DNA of 64,000 nt from a virus. The notes under the pieces are model-generated. The model was not told where the DNA came from. It did no database searches and saw nothing but the letters and a program-made list of their open reading frames with translations. The translations under genes and the position numbers were made by a program. The stretch is from the IMG/VR virus record IMGVR_UViG_3300025676_000013; one strand, 5' to 3'. Of this stretch, positions 1-9,507 are shown in pieces (position 1 is the first letter of the stretch; each line of letters starts with the position of its first letter).

Positions 1-37
1 CATTCATTCACTCCATTCATACTATTATTTTATATAC

Positions 38-66
38 ATTATACACCATTGTATAGCGTATGTCAA
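38..66 (-). promoter_or_regulatory. Perfect sigma70 (early-type) promoter for the gene leaving the left edge of the window
   Basis: Minus strand reads TTGACA (66-61), 17-nt spacer, TATAAT (43-38); GGAG and ATG codons lie at positions 14-1. Confidence 0.85.
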
Positions 67-85
67 GCGTTTTCTTAAAATAAAT

Positions 86-595
86 TTATAGGGGTCTACC
101 TGATGCCATTTCCATAAAGTCGTATTGGAGAGTCAGGTCAGTTAGGAGGGGTTCAGCCGACTCATTCGTCATCTGAAGTTCTCCTAGAATGGTAGGGAAC
201 AAGTTATGGAAAGTGAAGACCTTATCACTTACATTCTTGTTATTGGAGAGAATATGGATGCTTCCATCGTGGCCAGTCGCTTCTCCCTTCTTATATCTGT
301 TTTTGGCTTCGGGGCCTGCCGCTTTATACATCAATCCGAGAATTTCCATATAATTGTGATAATCTTCATCCACTAGAAATGTCACCGTCATAGGAGCATT
401 TGAAATGGTAGAGCCTGGTCGATATACGTGCCCGTGAAGAGGATGAGGAATAGGTATCTCATTAACACTCATTGTAGGAAGATTACAGGTTGTCAACCAA
501 AATTGCGTACCAGGAAGAATGCTGAGATTCAACCTATAATTGGTACTCTTAGCGAGATTGATTTTCTGTGGTGCAACTCTTTGTTTATCTGTCAT
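86..595 (-). CDS. gp3: Tail completion/tube terminator protein, T4 gp3-like
   Basis: gp3-type pattern (TTCNLPTMS...PGSTI...MTVTFLVDED...FHNLFPTILGELQM...LQYD); directly downstream of gp23 as in marine T4-like phages. Confidence 0.8.
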   Translation of the reverse strand: MTDKQRVAPQKINLAKSTNYRLNLSILPGTQFWLTTCNLPTMSVNEIPIPHPLHGHVYRPGSTISNAPMTVTFLVDEDYHNYMEILGLMYKAAGPEAKNRYKKGEATGHDGSIHILSNNKNVSDKVFTFHNLFPTILGELQMTNESAEPLLTDLTLQYDFMEMASGRPL

Positions 596-600
596 ACTAC

Positions 601-608
601 TATTTATA
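601..608 (-). promoter_or_regulatory. T4-type late promoter for gp3
   Basis: TATAAATA on the minus strand, 5 nt before the ATG at 595. Confidence 0.8.
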
Positions 609-622
609 CAAACAACAAACAG

Positions 623-653
623 AAAAAAGGCACCTAGATTGCTCTAGATGCCT
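623..653 (-). terminator. Rho-independent terminator after gp23
   Basis: Minus strand AGGCATCTAGA-GCAA-TCTAGGTGCCT followed by a T-run; 11-bp stem, GNRA loop. Confidence 0.85.
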
Positions 654-722
654 CTTTAATTGACTTGGCCCTAAGGTAGCGAAATTCTTACACGAATGGC
701 GCTAGTCAAGACTAATCGAACC

Positions 723-1925
723 TTACAGGTTAGTTACAGTGAACTTCCTGAAGTAAGGGTTAGCACCGTCACTGCCAGTAGCGAATGGATTATGAGTAAG
801 TCCATAACGAGTCTTGAATCCCAACCTAGGCTGGAAGTCTTCTTCGCCAATTGATTTCATCAACTGAAGTGGTACGTATGGGCAGTAAAAGAGACCCGCA
901 TCATACATATTGCTTCCTTTGTAACCAACTGTTACGCTGTCTGAAGCGGCAAACTGGTCAATAAATACTTTGTACTTACTTCCCAACATACCAGCAAACA
1001 GGTTGTTTGCGATATCAGGCTGTCCGCCATTGTCTACGTCCATTGAAGGAGTAGCAAGTCCGGCAACCATATCAAGTGCAGACGCTACATCTGGAGATAC
1101 TAAAAGCCAGTTACCAGCACCACGGCCAGTATTCTTAGCAATCAGGTTAGCCTCACGATTGATTTGAATCAATAGTGATTTGTAACGCTCTCCACCCCAA
1201 CGAGCACCACGATTGTCAACTGCATCAGCGACATCGAAAGTACCAGCAGTAGTAGTGCCAGCAGTTGCGCCAGCAGTAGCCTGTGATTGAATCTTCTGAA
1301 TAACTTCTCGGTTAATCTCAGCAAGAATTTCTGAAGAAAGAATATTTGACAATTCAGTTTCAGCATCTAGACCGTGAATAGCCTTAAGGTCTTGAGCAAG
1401 TTCCAAAGAATATTTGGCTTTCAACGCACGAGTATTAGCAGTTACGCTTGATTTCTCGATTGAGAAAGACATTTCTTTGAACGCTCCACCACCAGAAACA
1501 AAGCCACCTAAAGCCTCGCCATCAGCAGTTTCGTAAGTATTCGTGGCTGGAGTTGCGCCATCGTTACCAGAGAAATCAACATCAGGTGCACCAGCAGGAA
1601 GCGTAAGTGCTTCAGCACCAGTTGATGCTTCGCCAGTATAATGAGATTTCATAGCAAAGACAAGTCCAGTAGGACCACTCATTGGCTGAACGCCAATTGT
1701 GTCATAAGCCATAAGTTGAGGCATAGTACGGCGAACAAGACTAATTAGGATTGGGTCCCAGTTGTCAATATTGCCGCCAGTTACGTTGGCTTCTTGCAAA
1801 GCCTTTTCTTGATTTTCTAAAAGACGAAGTGTAATTGCACGTTTTGTTGCATCTTGAATTGCAGGCAATTCAGAATGCTCCATTACAGGCTGCCACTTAT
1901 CTTTAATTTCTTCAGTTAAAAACAT
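723..1925 (-). CDS. gp23: Major capsid protein, T4 gp23-like
   Basis: Hallmarks DPILISLVRR, GVQPMSGPTGLVFAM, RALKAKYSLELAQDLKAIHGLDAETELSNILSSEILAEINRE, FYCPYVPL, FQPRLGFKTRYG. Confidence 0.97.
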   Translation of the reverse strand: MFLTEEIKDKWQPVMEHSELPAIQDATKRAITLRLLENQEKALQEANVTGGNIDNWDPILISLVRRTMPQLMAYDTIGVQPMSGPTGLVFAMKSHYTGEASTGAEALTLPAGAPDVDFSGNDGATPATNTYETADGEALGGFVSGGGAFKEMSFSIEKSSVTANTRALKAKYSLELAQDLKAIHGLDAETELSNILSSEILAEINREVIQKIQSQATAGATAGTTTAGTFDVADAVDNRGARWGGERYKSLLIQINREANLIAKNTGRGAGNWLLVSPDVASALDMVAGLATPSMDVDNGGQPDIANNLFAGMLGSKYKVFIDQFAASDSVTVGYKGSNMYDAGLFYCPYVPLQLMKSIGEEDFQPRLGFKTRYGLTHNPFATGSDGANPYFRKFTVTNL

Positions 1926-1955
1926 TGAATGTTCTCCTATTAAATATAAATGTGT

Positions 1956-3065
1956 TTAAGCACCAAGGATGCTCGGTTCTCTAGATTGTGAAAGGGAAGC
2001 CATAACCTTCTTCATTGCATCAGTCATCACTCCATCCGAGGTACCGGTTTTGGCATCCTCTTCTGCAATTACTTCTTCTTTCTCTGCCTCTGAGGGAAAA
2101 TAAGTTTCCTTCAAAGTATTCAGTTTTTCAGCATATGATACTGCATCATCGAATTCAACACCTTCAGCAAGTTTTTCAAGTTTTGCTTTTTGAGTTTCTT
2201 TCAAGTCTTCAGTTACTTCTCTGAAAATCTTTTCAGCAGTAACAGTTGCTAGTTGGCCTTTCGCTTCGACATTTTTATTTGTCTCTGCATCTAGACTTTC
2301 CTTAAGAGATGCAATCTCTTTAGCCTGCTCGTCAACTACATTGTACTTCTCATTGGGAATTTCAATGTAATTTTCTGCAAACAACTTCTGCATTCCACTA
2401 ACAAAACCTTCTAAGATTTCGTTTTTCAATCCGTGTTCTACGGACTGCTCGTTCTTCTCTAGCCACTCAGTAACCATATAGTCTAGATAACCATCGAGTT
2501 TCTCAGTAATATCTGTCAACATTGACGCAGTTTGCTCGGCTAATTGGGCTTCCATCTTATCTTCGATAAGACTAAGGTTTTCCTTAACTTTCGCTTGTAC
2601 GGCAGTTTCAAATACTAGAGTAGTGCGAGACTTGAAATCTTCAGTAAGGTCTTGACCGTCAAACAATGCGTTAACATCTTCGGTAACATCTACTTCAACT
2701 TCAAATGCTTCGTTCTTTTTCTTGGCGCCTTTAGTTTCTTCTACTTCGTCATCTTCGTCTTCGTCCGCCTCATCACCATCGTCTTCGTCTTCGTCATCGT
2801 CTTCGAGGACTTCAACTTCGCCACTTCCTTCTACTTTTTTCTTCTTCTTTGTCAAAGGTGTGGTCTTAGGTGCTTCTGCTTCTTCAAGAGAATCAGCCTT
2901 AGAAATTTCAGAATCTTCAGCAACCATTTCCAGGTCCCCTTTTTCTAAAAGTTCATCAGCCTCTGACACTGTAATAGAAGTATCGGACTCAGCATTTTCG
3001 CCTTTCCAGACTTTATTGCTTTCATCCAAAACCAACATTTCGCCAGTTTCTGTTTTTAACTTCAT
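1956..3065 (-). CDS. gp22: Prohead core scaffold protein, T4 gp22-like
   Basis: Acidic coiled coil with EDFKSRTTLVFETAV, LDGYLDYMVTEWLE, LFAENYIEIP; lies between gp21 and gp23. Confidence 0.9.
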   Translation of the reverse strand: MKLKTETGEMLVLDESNKVWKGENAESDTSITVSEADELLEKGDLEMVAEDSEISKADSLEEAEAPKTTPLTKKKKKVEGSGEVEVLEDDDEDEDDGDEADEDEDDEVEETKGAKKKNEAFEVEVDVTEDVNALFDGQDLTEDFKSRTTLVFETAVQAKVKENLSLIEDKMEAQLAEQTASMLTDITEKLDGYLDYMVTEWLEKNEQSVEHGLKNEILEGFVSGMQKLFAENYIEIPNEKYNVVDEQAKEIASLKESLDAETNKNVEAKGQLATVTAEKIFREVTEDLKETQKAKLEKLAEGVEFDDAVSYAEKLNTLKETYFPSEAEKEEVIAEEDAKTGTSDGVMTDAMKKVMASLSQSREPSILGA

Positions 3066-3121
3066 CAGGGTTCTCCTAATCCAATTGATAAATTTTAACT
3101 AGTTTCTAATCTAATTACTAT

Positions 3122-3129
3122 TATTTATA
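3122..3129 (-). promoter_or_regulatory. Late promoter for gp22-gp23
   Basis: TATAAATA on the minus strand in the gp21-gp22 gap, flanked by a direct repeat CTAATTACT. Confidence 0.8.
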
Positions 3130-3169
3130 AAACTAATTACTTTAACATCATAGAAATCACTACGATTTG

Positions 3170-3811
3170 CTACAACTTGCTTATGAAATCCTCGAAAACA
3201 GTCGCTTCTAACGATGTTAATCGCTTTCCGCTCGCATTTTTTACGATTCCGTGGTATTCTGCAATCTGCCGCTCGGCGATTACACCATTGTTCCAGACCC
3301 ATTCTTTACCTTCCATAATGCCATTTACAAAGGCATCTGGAGCAGATGGGTCAGCGACAATATCTGCGGCCGTAGCAAGGTAAAAATCACCTTGTACTTC
3401 CTGAATTCCTTTCTTATTTGCTTTCAAAGTACCCATTCCTCGTGAACTAACACCAAGTTGGGCTCCTTCATTAATAAGATTTTTGACAATATTACCGTGT
3501 GGAGTGTCTGTAACCTTCGCTTTACCGATATAGTTACTGCCCTCTTGCTTGAGAGATGTAATCATATGGGAAACTCGGTCTAGATTAATGGTAGGTCCCT
3601 CAGGATGTCCCAGTTCTCCAAATGCACGTTTCTTGTCAATATATGCTTCTGTGTATCTTTTTACTTCTTTTTCCATAATAGCACCGGGATACAAACGTCC
3701 GTTTCTATTTTTTAAATCTGCCTGTAGAAATACACCTTCAATATAGAGGTCCTTGCCCTTACCCTCAGTAATATACTTTACGTGTTCTGTTATTTCTGAT
3801 ATCAGTCTCAT
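3170..3811 (-). CDS. gp21: Prohead protease, T4 gp21-like
   Basis: YIEGVFLQADLKNRNGRLYP, GELGHP, LDRVSH, GVSSRGMG, DIVADPSAPDAFVNGIMEG. Confidence 0.96.
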   Translation of the reverse strand: MRLISEITEHVKYITEGKGKDLYIEGVFLQADLKNRNGRLYPGAIMEKEVKRYTEAYIDKKRAFGELGHPEGPTINLDRVSHMITSLKQEGSNYIGKAKVTDTPHGNIVKNLINEGAQLGVSSRGMGTLKANKKGIQEVQGDFYLATAADIVADPSAPDAFVNGIMEGKEWVWNNGVIAERQIAEYHGIVKNASGKRLTSLEATVFEDFISKL

Positions 3812-3821
3812 TGCTGTCCCC

Positions 3822-4796
3822 CTACTTTTTAGTGAATTTCGACTTCACTTTGCCACCAAAAACTTTATTAGCATTCTTGATTTTGGTTTTATTCTTACGC
3901 ATCCACTTTTTACGCAGTTTGATACGCTTTACCTTATTGCCGCCTTTTTTGCGTTCTATCTTTGCCTTAATTTTTGCTGCCCGATTTTGAAATTTTTGTC
4001 TATCTTTGTTCTTTTGAGTTGCTCGGCGTTGCATTGTATTACGTGCCTTGTATTCTACCAACTCTTCTTCTGTAAGTTCTTCTGTAATTTTCTTCTTGGT
4101 GAAGTATGCAATAACCTCACTAGGTTTATCAAAACTCTTTTGACCTTTTTCGCCTTTGATATTCATAAACCAAGCATCAGCACCAGAATCAAAATCGCCA
4201 GTAGAAATTACTTTACCTTTGTATTTAACATACGAAATATTTTTGCTAGTGTCTTTACCAAATTCATAATCGCCTTTCTTAGACATTGGCTTCATTGCTT
4301 CTTCAAGGTCTTCAGATGGGCCATATCCTTTAGGAGTAACATCTTTCCAGTTTAACTTCGCTTTGCCCTTTGCAATTCTATCTGCGGCATCTTTTTTCAA
4401 GTTGCCATCTTTATCAAAGAACTTTGCAAGATGTGGTGGTAACTTTGTCTTCTTTGCTTCTGGAATATCAGAATTGTCGGCATCAGGAATCTCACAACTG
4501 CAAGGGTCATCGCCACATACATCACATTCTTCTTCACTCAAATCTGCAAGAAATTTATCGGCTTCAAAAATTCCAGAAGAATCAAAATTCCTCTCAATTA
4601 ATTCACCAATTTGCCACACTGCCCATCCATTAACAGCCTCTGCTTCTAGTTCGGCTCGTTCTGAAATGCTCAATGCTTTCCAATTATCTTCAGTCCACTC
4701 GACAACAACAACGTCCTCATCATTTTCGCCAAGCACTTCTACAGCCATCCCTTCGGATATCTGCTTTGTGTAATCTTTAAATTTGATAAGGCTCAT
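3822..4796 (-). CDS. Internal head/prohead core protein (gp68-like position)
   Basis: Between portal and protease; acidic N-half with CDVCGDDPCSC, Lys/Arg-rich C-terminus. Confidence 0.55.
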   Translation of the reverse strand: MSLIKFKDYTKQISEGMAVEVLGENDEDVVVVEWTEDNWKALSISERAELEAEAVNGWAVWQIGELIERNFDSSGIFEADKFLADLSEEECDVCGDDPCSCEIPDADNSDIPEAKKTKLPPHLAKFFDKDGNLKKDAADRIAKGKAKLNWKDVTPKGYGPSEDLEEAMKPMSKKGDYEFGKDTSKNISYVKYKGKVISTGDFDSGADAWFMNIKGEKGQKSFDKPSEVIAYFTKKKITEELTEEELVEYKARNTMQRRATQKNKDRQKFQNRAAKIKAKIERKKGGNKVKRIKLRKKWMRKNKTKIKNANKVFGGKVKSKFTKK

Positions 4797-4812
4797 TTGT
4801 TATATTTCTCCT

Positions 4813-5646
4813 TTATACGTCTTCTAAAGTGTCATCAATATAATCTTTGTCAAAAAGGGGCTCTCCTTTTCGGTATGGAGTATCCGACATCCAAGCCCTA
4901 ATGTTCTTTTCATCACCTGTAACTTTTGCTTGATAAGAACCGTGGTCGTAGACCGACTTTGAAATTTTTACTTTATGTTTCTTCATCAATTTTTCGTGTA
5001 CCTTTGGGTCTTCACGGTCAATATTATAATCTACTTGTACAGTTACTTTGCCTTCGTCAAGAAAGTTCGCGGCTCTAGAAGCAAGGGATTCTTTCTTAAC
5101 CTTTTTCTTTTTGTTATCAGTCGGGTTGTCATCATCCGTAAAGGGTTTTGCTTTCTTGTTACCGAAATTGGCGATGTTTTCATCTTGTTCTTTGTCATCG
5201 TCATCTTCGTCTTCATCATCGTCTTTCTTTTTGCCTTTTTTAGCATCTATGGCTTTCTGAAGAGCGGGAGGAAGTGTACCTTCATCTTTGGTGTCTTCGT
5301 CTTCATCTTCATCATCGTCTTTTTTGCCCTTTTTGGCATCGACTGCTTTCTGAAGTGCAGGAGGAAGTTTACCTTCGTGTACGTGTTTCTCATCGCCATT
5401 TACGTGCGAATGAGTTGTGCCGTCATCGTGCGTATGTTCTACGCTGGATGGGCTAGGGGCCTCACCAGGTTCGTTAGAACTTTCATTAACTGAATTCTTC
5501 GAGAACATAGTTTTTGAAAGAACAGATTTCATTGCCGCAATTTTGCTAGACAAACGGGACTCAATTTCAGTCGTTAGAACGGCTTTAAATTCAGTTGCCT
5601 TTTTGTCCTTTGCAAGTTGCACTAAGTTTTGTAAATTTTCATTCAT
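4813..5646 (-). CDS. Prohead core protein (gp67-like N-terminus) with acidic repeats
   Basis: Directly after the portal; N-terminal helix KATEFKAVLTTEIESRL resembles gp67-type core proteins; duplicated LPPALQKAxDAKKGKK-acidic units. Confidence 0.6.
   Translation of the reverse strand: MNENLQNLVQLAKDKKATEFKAVLTTEIESRLSSKIAAMKSVLSKTMFSKNSVNESSNEPGEAPSPSSVEHTHDDGTTHSHVNGDEKHVHEGKLPPALQKAVDAKKGKKDDDEDEDEDTKDEGTLPPALQKAIDAKKGKKKDDDEDEDDDDKEQDENIANFGNKKAKPFTDDDNPTDNKKKKVKKESLASRAANFLDEGKVTVQVDYNIDREDPKVHEKLMKKHKVKISKSVYDHGSYQAKVTGDEKNIRAWMSDTPYRKGEPLFDKDYIDDTLEDV
5200..5390 (-). repeat. Tandem intragenic duplication (two ~31-aa units)
   Basis: EGKLPPALQKAVDAKKGKKDDDEDEDED and EGTLPPALQKAIDAKKGKKKDDDEDEDD; boundaries approximate. 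Confidence 0.8.
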
Positions 5647-5658
5647 TGTTCATTTCTC

Positions 5659-7167
5659 CTAATATGTGTCATCAGATTCGCCATCTTCGTCTTTGCCGAC
5701 GGCGGCTTTCTCGTCAGCCATCTGTTTATTTAATAATTCGATATCATCGTCAGTGTGCATTAATACATTTTTCCTTACCCAATCAATTGAATAATAACGA
5801 CCAATCATATCTCCACTGCTTATAGTGTCAATCATCTCGATTCGGTCTTTCATTATCTCAAGTTTCTTGAGTTCAGAAAAGTAACCATCATCTTCAAAAA
5901 TGAAAGTTATATTTTCTTGATATACGTTCCACTCACCCTTGTCAATAATTCCTTTAGCAAGAAGTTGTGTTCTTAGTAGAGAGAATAGTAAATCTGAGAA
6001 ACTTTTTCTTAGTTTCGTAACATATTTAGTAAACTTAATTTCATCTCTTGTAATTTCACCAGTACGTGACATACTCCAACTAGCATCTGATTCCATTCTA
6101 GAAGCAGGTACGTGTAAGGCTTGAAATACTTTCTTCTGGAAATATACTACATCATCCATATCACCTAGATTTTGACCTCCAGGTAACGTCTGTACTTCAG
6201 TGCCTCGACCACCCTCTTTACGAGGTAGCCAAAAATCTTCCATCATAGACATTGTATCTTTGCCGTCTGCTACAGTACCAGAAGAAGCATCATAAACCAT
6301 TTTATTCTTAAACTTGTTCATAATGTTTCGTAGATATTGTTCTGCTTTAGTCTTAGGCAGGTTACCAACGTCTATATAGAACACCCTTCGTTCTGGTGCT
6401 CTTGTAATTCTGTAAATAACCATTGCATCTTCTAACATACGCAATTGGTTAATTGGCTTCATTGCTTTATGTAGATAGGAAAGAATTACTTCTTTATCAC
6501 TATCAAACAATCCAGAATCAGCCGTTGCGACTGCCTCTACAGCAACTTTAAGAGTTTGCGACATTCCTCGTGTTTCTTTAGAATACAACCAATACTCATC
6601 AACACCAGTAACAACTTCTACGCCATTCTTATCTTTTTCTTTAATTACTTCTTTAATTTTCTTGATGTTGGTTGCATCAATATATCTTAATTCTTTGATA
6701 CCCTTTTTGATATTATCATTATCAAAAATGATATGATAATGTATAGAACCATCCGTGTACCATCTCCTGAATATGTCGGGTCCAGCCTGATTAAATTCTA
6801 ATTTCTTAGAAATAACCTGAAACTCGTCACTAATCATTTCCTTGATATTCTTAGGCACATCAACTGCATCTAATTTATCAAGATAGATTGATACTGGGTC
6901 CTTATATGGGTCCAGTACGATTGCCTCATTGACAATATCATCAATAGCCGATTCGGCTTCAGGATGTCGAGCAATTGCCCTATATTTGCCAATCAGTTCT
7001 TGTTGTGTTTGAAAAGCAGTGTCGAAATTGACGGCGAAGGCATTTACTCCTCCACCGTCAATAACGGTTGACCCATCATCCATATCAGGTGCGACAAAGG
7101 ACTTAGTGCCTTTCTCTACCGTGGCTGAGCCAATTCTCTTCTCTATTTTATAACCAAATAGTTCCAT
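5659..7167 (-). CDS. gp20: Portal vertex protein, T4 gp20-like
   Basis: HPEAESAIDDIVNE, FRRWYTDG, NQLRMLEDAMVIYRITRAPERRVFYIDVGNLPKTKAEQY, EDFWLPRKEGGRGTEVQTLPGG. Confidence 0.97.
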   Translation of the reverse strand: MELFGYKIEKRIGSATVEKGTKSFVAPDMDDGSTVIDGGGVNAFAVNFDTAFQTQQELIGKYRAIARHPEAESAIDDIVNEAIVLDPYKDPVSIYLDKLDAVDVPKNIKEMISDEFQVISKKLEFNQAGPDIFRRWYTDGSIHYHIIFDNDNIKKGIKELRYIDATNIKKIKEVIKEKDKNGVEVVTGVDEYWLYSKETRGMSQTLKVAVEAVATADSGLFDSDKEVILSYLHKAMKPINQLRMLEDAMVIYRITRAPERRVFYIDVGNLPKTKAEQYLRNIMNKFKNKMVYDASSGTVADGKDTMSMMEDFWLPRKEGGRGTEVQTLPGGQNLGDMDDVVYFQKKVFQALHVPASRMESDASWSMSRTGEITRDEIKFTKYVTKLRKSFSDLLFSLLRTQLLAKGIIDKGEWNVYQENITFIFEDDGYFSELKKLEIMKDRIEMIDTISSGDMIGRYYSIDWVRKNVLMHTDDDIELLNKQMADEKAAVGKDEDGESDDTY

Positions 7168-7209
7168 ATCACGTTTCTTTGTTATCTGTTAAGTAAGCAT
7201 TCATAACTA

Positions 7210-7217
7210 TATTTATA
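7210..7217 (-). promoter_or_regulatory. Late promoter for gp20, inside an inverted repeat
   Basis: TATAAATA on the minus strand between arms at 7186-7197 and 7218-7229. Confidence 0.8.
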
Positions 7218-7246
7218 CTCACTTAACAGGGTTACTATTCAAACGA

Positions 7247-7780
7247 TTACGGTGTCAAAGTAGTGACTGAGGTTCCAGTACCACCATCATCCCAAGAAAT
7301 TGCGAATGTCACAGTATATTCTTGAATTGAATCAGGTGTATCCCAAGAAAGGTCAATACTACCGATAGAAGAAGGCCATCCATAAAGAATAACTTTCGCT
7401 CCAGCGGCTGCTGATATTTCACCATCTCGACCATAAGGCTGAACTTCCATAGCCTTGTGACTTGAACCCGCAGGTACAAGAGAACCGAAATTAGTGAATC
7501 CTGACAAATCTTTCTGCCAGTCCATCAACTGCTTCCTGAGTACATAAGCCTCATCGTTCATTATTGTTACTGACCAATCAGCGAAAGTTCTGTCTCCAGG
7601 AACCTTCAATTTACGATTTTGATATGGTACTTCTATCATACCAAGCGTAGATTCGGGCAGTGTTGCTGTTTTAATCAGCATTGGACTCTCGCTCATACCT
7701 GAAATGGTAACCGTGAAAAGGTTATTACGGGCATAATCTCCGTCAAATTGTGCTGAAAAGTTCTCTATATTAAAAGCCAT
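7247..7780 (-). CDS. gp19: Tail tube protein, T4 gp19-like
   Basis: ARNNLFTV, LPESTLGMIEVPYQNRKLKVPGDRTFADWSVTIMND, LSWDTPDSIQEYTVTF. Confidence 0.95.
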   Translation of the reverse strand: MAFNIENFSAQFDGDYARNNLFTVTISGMSESPMLIKTATLPESTLGMIEVPYQNRKLKVPGDRTFADWSVTIMNDEAYVLRKQLMDWQKDLSGFTNFGSLVPAGSSHKAMEVQPYGRDGEISAAAGAKVILYGWPSSIGSIDLSWDTPDSIQEYTVTFAISWDDGGTGTSVTTLTP

Positions 7781-7791
7781 AATCAGTCTCC

Positions 7792-9507
7792 TTATACTTG
7801 GCCAATCACTTCAGCAAAATCAACACCGGTTTTCGTAGCAACGAAATTCAGAGTGATAAAGTTGATTGATTTGGAGGGTTTAATAAACATACTAGCCACG
7901 AACTGATTAGCATCGATGATTTCGCCTGTATTGTTCTCTGCATCACATTGAACATAGAAATCATACATACCTTGTCGTGCCTGAATTCCTGCGAGATATG
8001 GGTTAACCATATTCCTGAAATTCGTCCTAGTGAATTCATTGTTGAATTCAAACAAGAAGTATTTAGCGGAGATTGAGATTGCTTTCTCAAGTATGATAAA
8101 CAACCTACGTACATTGATTCTATCGAATGCAGAAGGTTTAGTTAGCAACGTGCGGTCTCCCCAAAGAACTGTTCCTTGACCAGGAAAAGATACAATTGGA
8201 TTGATACCGTTTGGAAGCATATACAACTGGTCTCGATGTGCTAAAGATGGTTGATAAGCAAGTTTTACAACTCCCTTAATCTGACCACGATTTAGTCCAC
8301 CTGGACTCCACCACGCATCACGAACTGAATCAGTATGACCACAAAGTCCACCAATATCACCACTGAATCCAATCCAGCGATAAGTATCAGAATAAACGTC
8401 ATAAACGTACTTGTAGTTACCGTCAAGAGTTCCGTATGAAGATGCAGAGTTAAAGGAAACATCCTTTCTCCAAGCAATTACATTATTAACAGAGTTTGTG
8501 GCTCCGCCAACATTAACAACTTCTTCTTTTGGAGGTGATATAATTGCAATACAATCTTTACGATATTCTGCAACGGATTCAATCATATACTTAGATACGA
8601 TGGCAACCTGTGCTGAGTTCTCGTTAGAAAGTCCACCAGCGATTAGTAGGCTAACATTGATTTCATCTGCATTTTGGAACTTGTCCCAACCTTGCATATA
8701 CTCGTTAGCGCCAACTGTCCCGGCTGATACTGCAACGACCCACGCATTACCATTGCCTTCGCAAGTTGCTTGGTCATCTGCACTCATATCATCACAATGA
8801 GCAGGAACTCCAGCCGATACTGCGATTCCGCCACTGAACGTGACTGATACAGGACCAGGAGTAGTATCAACGTGGTCACTTACAACCCAAATTAGTTTAG
8901 ACTGCTTGTTTACTTTATCTTCTGCCCAGATGTTTCCACCGTCAGCATTTTTAGTGCCTTGAAGCACTCCCACTAGATAGCGTTCTACTATTTCTTCGTT
9001 AACAATTACAGCAATTGCTAATTCGTTATTAGAGGCATCAGGTGCGACATCAAAAGCGCCTGAGTATTGCCAAGCATCCCAAGTAGCATCACCAGAGTGA
9101 GTTTCTACAGAAATTCCATTTCCGTAAGTACCAGGATATCGAGCATAAAAGCCTTCTGTCAAAGTACCTGAATCGAGTTGCGTGTCAAAATCTTCTGCAC
9201 CGGTAATCTGAGTAACATTGCCATTAGGAGCGGCGTTCATTGCTCCAGAGTCAACAACTCGTACTACTTGAAGACTATTCGTGTACTTCAAGAAAGCGGC
9301 AGAAGAAAGAAACGCAGGGTATGTATCGTTAGTTGGTTGCCCAAAAACTGCTACAAGGTCGGCTTCTGAGGTGCACAAGTATGGCTCGAAAGCCGGCCCC
9401 CAAGTAAAACGACCTACGGTAGCACCTAGAGAGGTAGCAACTGCGGGTATAGACGTGGACAAATCGATTTCTTTTGTCTGTACGCCTGGGCTTAATTGAA
9501 ATCCCAT
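7792..9507 (-). CDS. gp18: Tail sheath protein, T4 gp18-like (compact, 571 aa)
   Basis: LSPGVQTKEIDLS, YPGTYGN, WWSPGGLNRG, RDQLY...INPI, WGDRTL, SAFDRINVRRLF, IKPSKSINFITLNF. Confidence 0.96.
   Translation of the reverse strand: MGFQLSPGVQTKEIDLSTSIPAVATSLGATVGRFTWGPAFEPYLCTSEADLVAVFGQPTNDTYPAFLSSAAFLKYTNSLQVVRVVDSGAMNAAPNGNVTQITGAEDFDTQLDSGTLTEGFYARYPGTYGNGISVETHSGDATWDAWQYSGAFDVAPDASNNELAIAVIVNEEIVERYLVGVLQGTKNADGGNIWAEDKVNKQSKLIWVVSDHVDTTPGPVSVTFSGGIAVSAGVPAHCDDMSADDQATCEGNGNAWVVAVSAGTVGANEYMQGWDKFQNADEINVSLLIAGGLSNENSAQVAIVSKYMIESVAEYRKDCIAIISPPKEEVVNVGGATNSVNNVIAWRKDVSFNSASSYGTLDGNYKYVYDVYSDTYRWIGFSGDIGGLCGHTDSVRDAWWSPGGLNRGQIKGVVKLAYQPSLAHRDQLYMLPNGINPIVSFPGQGTVLWGDRTLLTKPSAFDRINVRRLFIILEKAISISAKYFLFEFNNEFTRTNFRNMVNPYLAGIQARQGMYDFYVQCDAENNTGEIIDANQFVASMFIKPSKSINFITLNFVATKTGVDFAEVIGQV

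Noticed and set aside
1-20. Start of the next minus-strand gene (often uvsY at this position)
   Set aside because: Only an RBS and ATG codons are visible; the product cannot be identified.
2015-5825. Several long plus-strand ORFs (e.g. 2722-3102, 3753-4355, 4363-4773, 4975-5493)
   Set aside because: Antisense shadows of acidic or Lys-rich genes (poly-Ser/Phe), with no RBS or promoter support.
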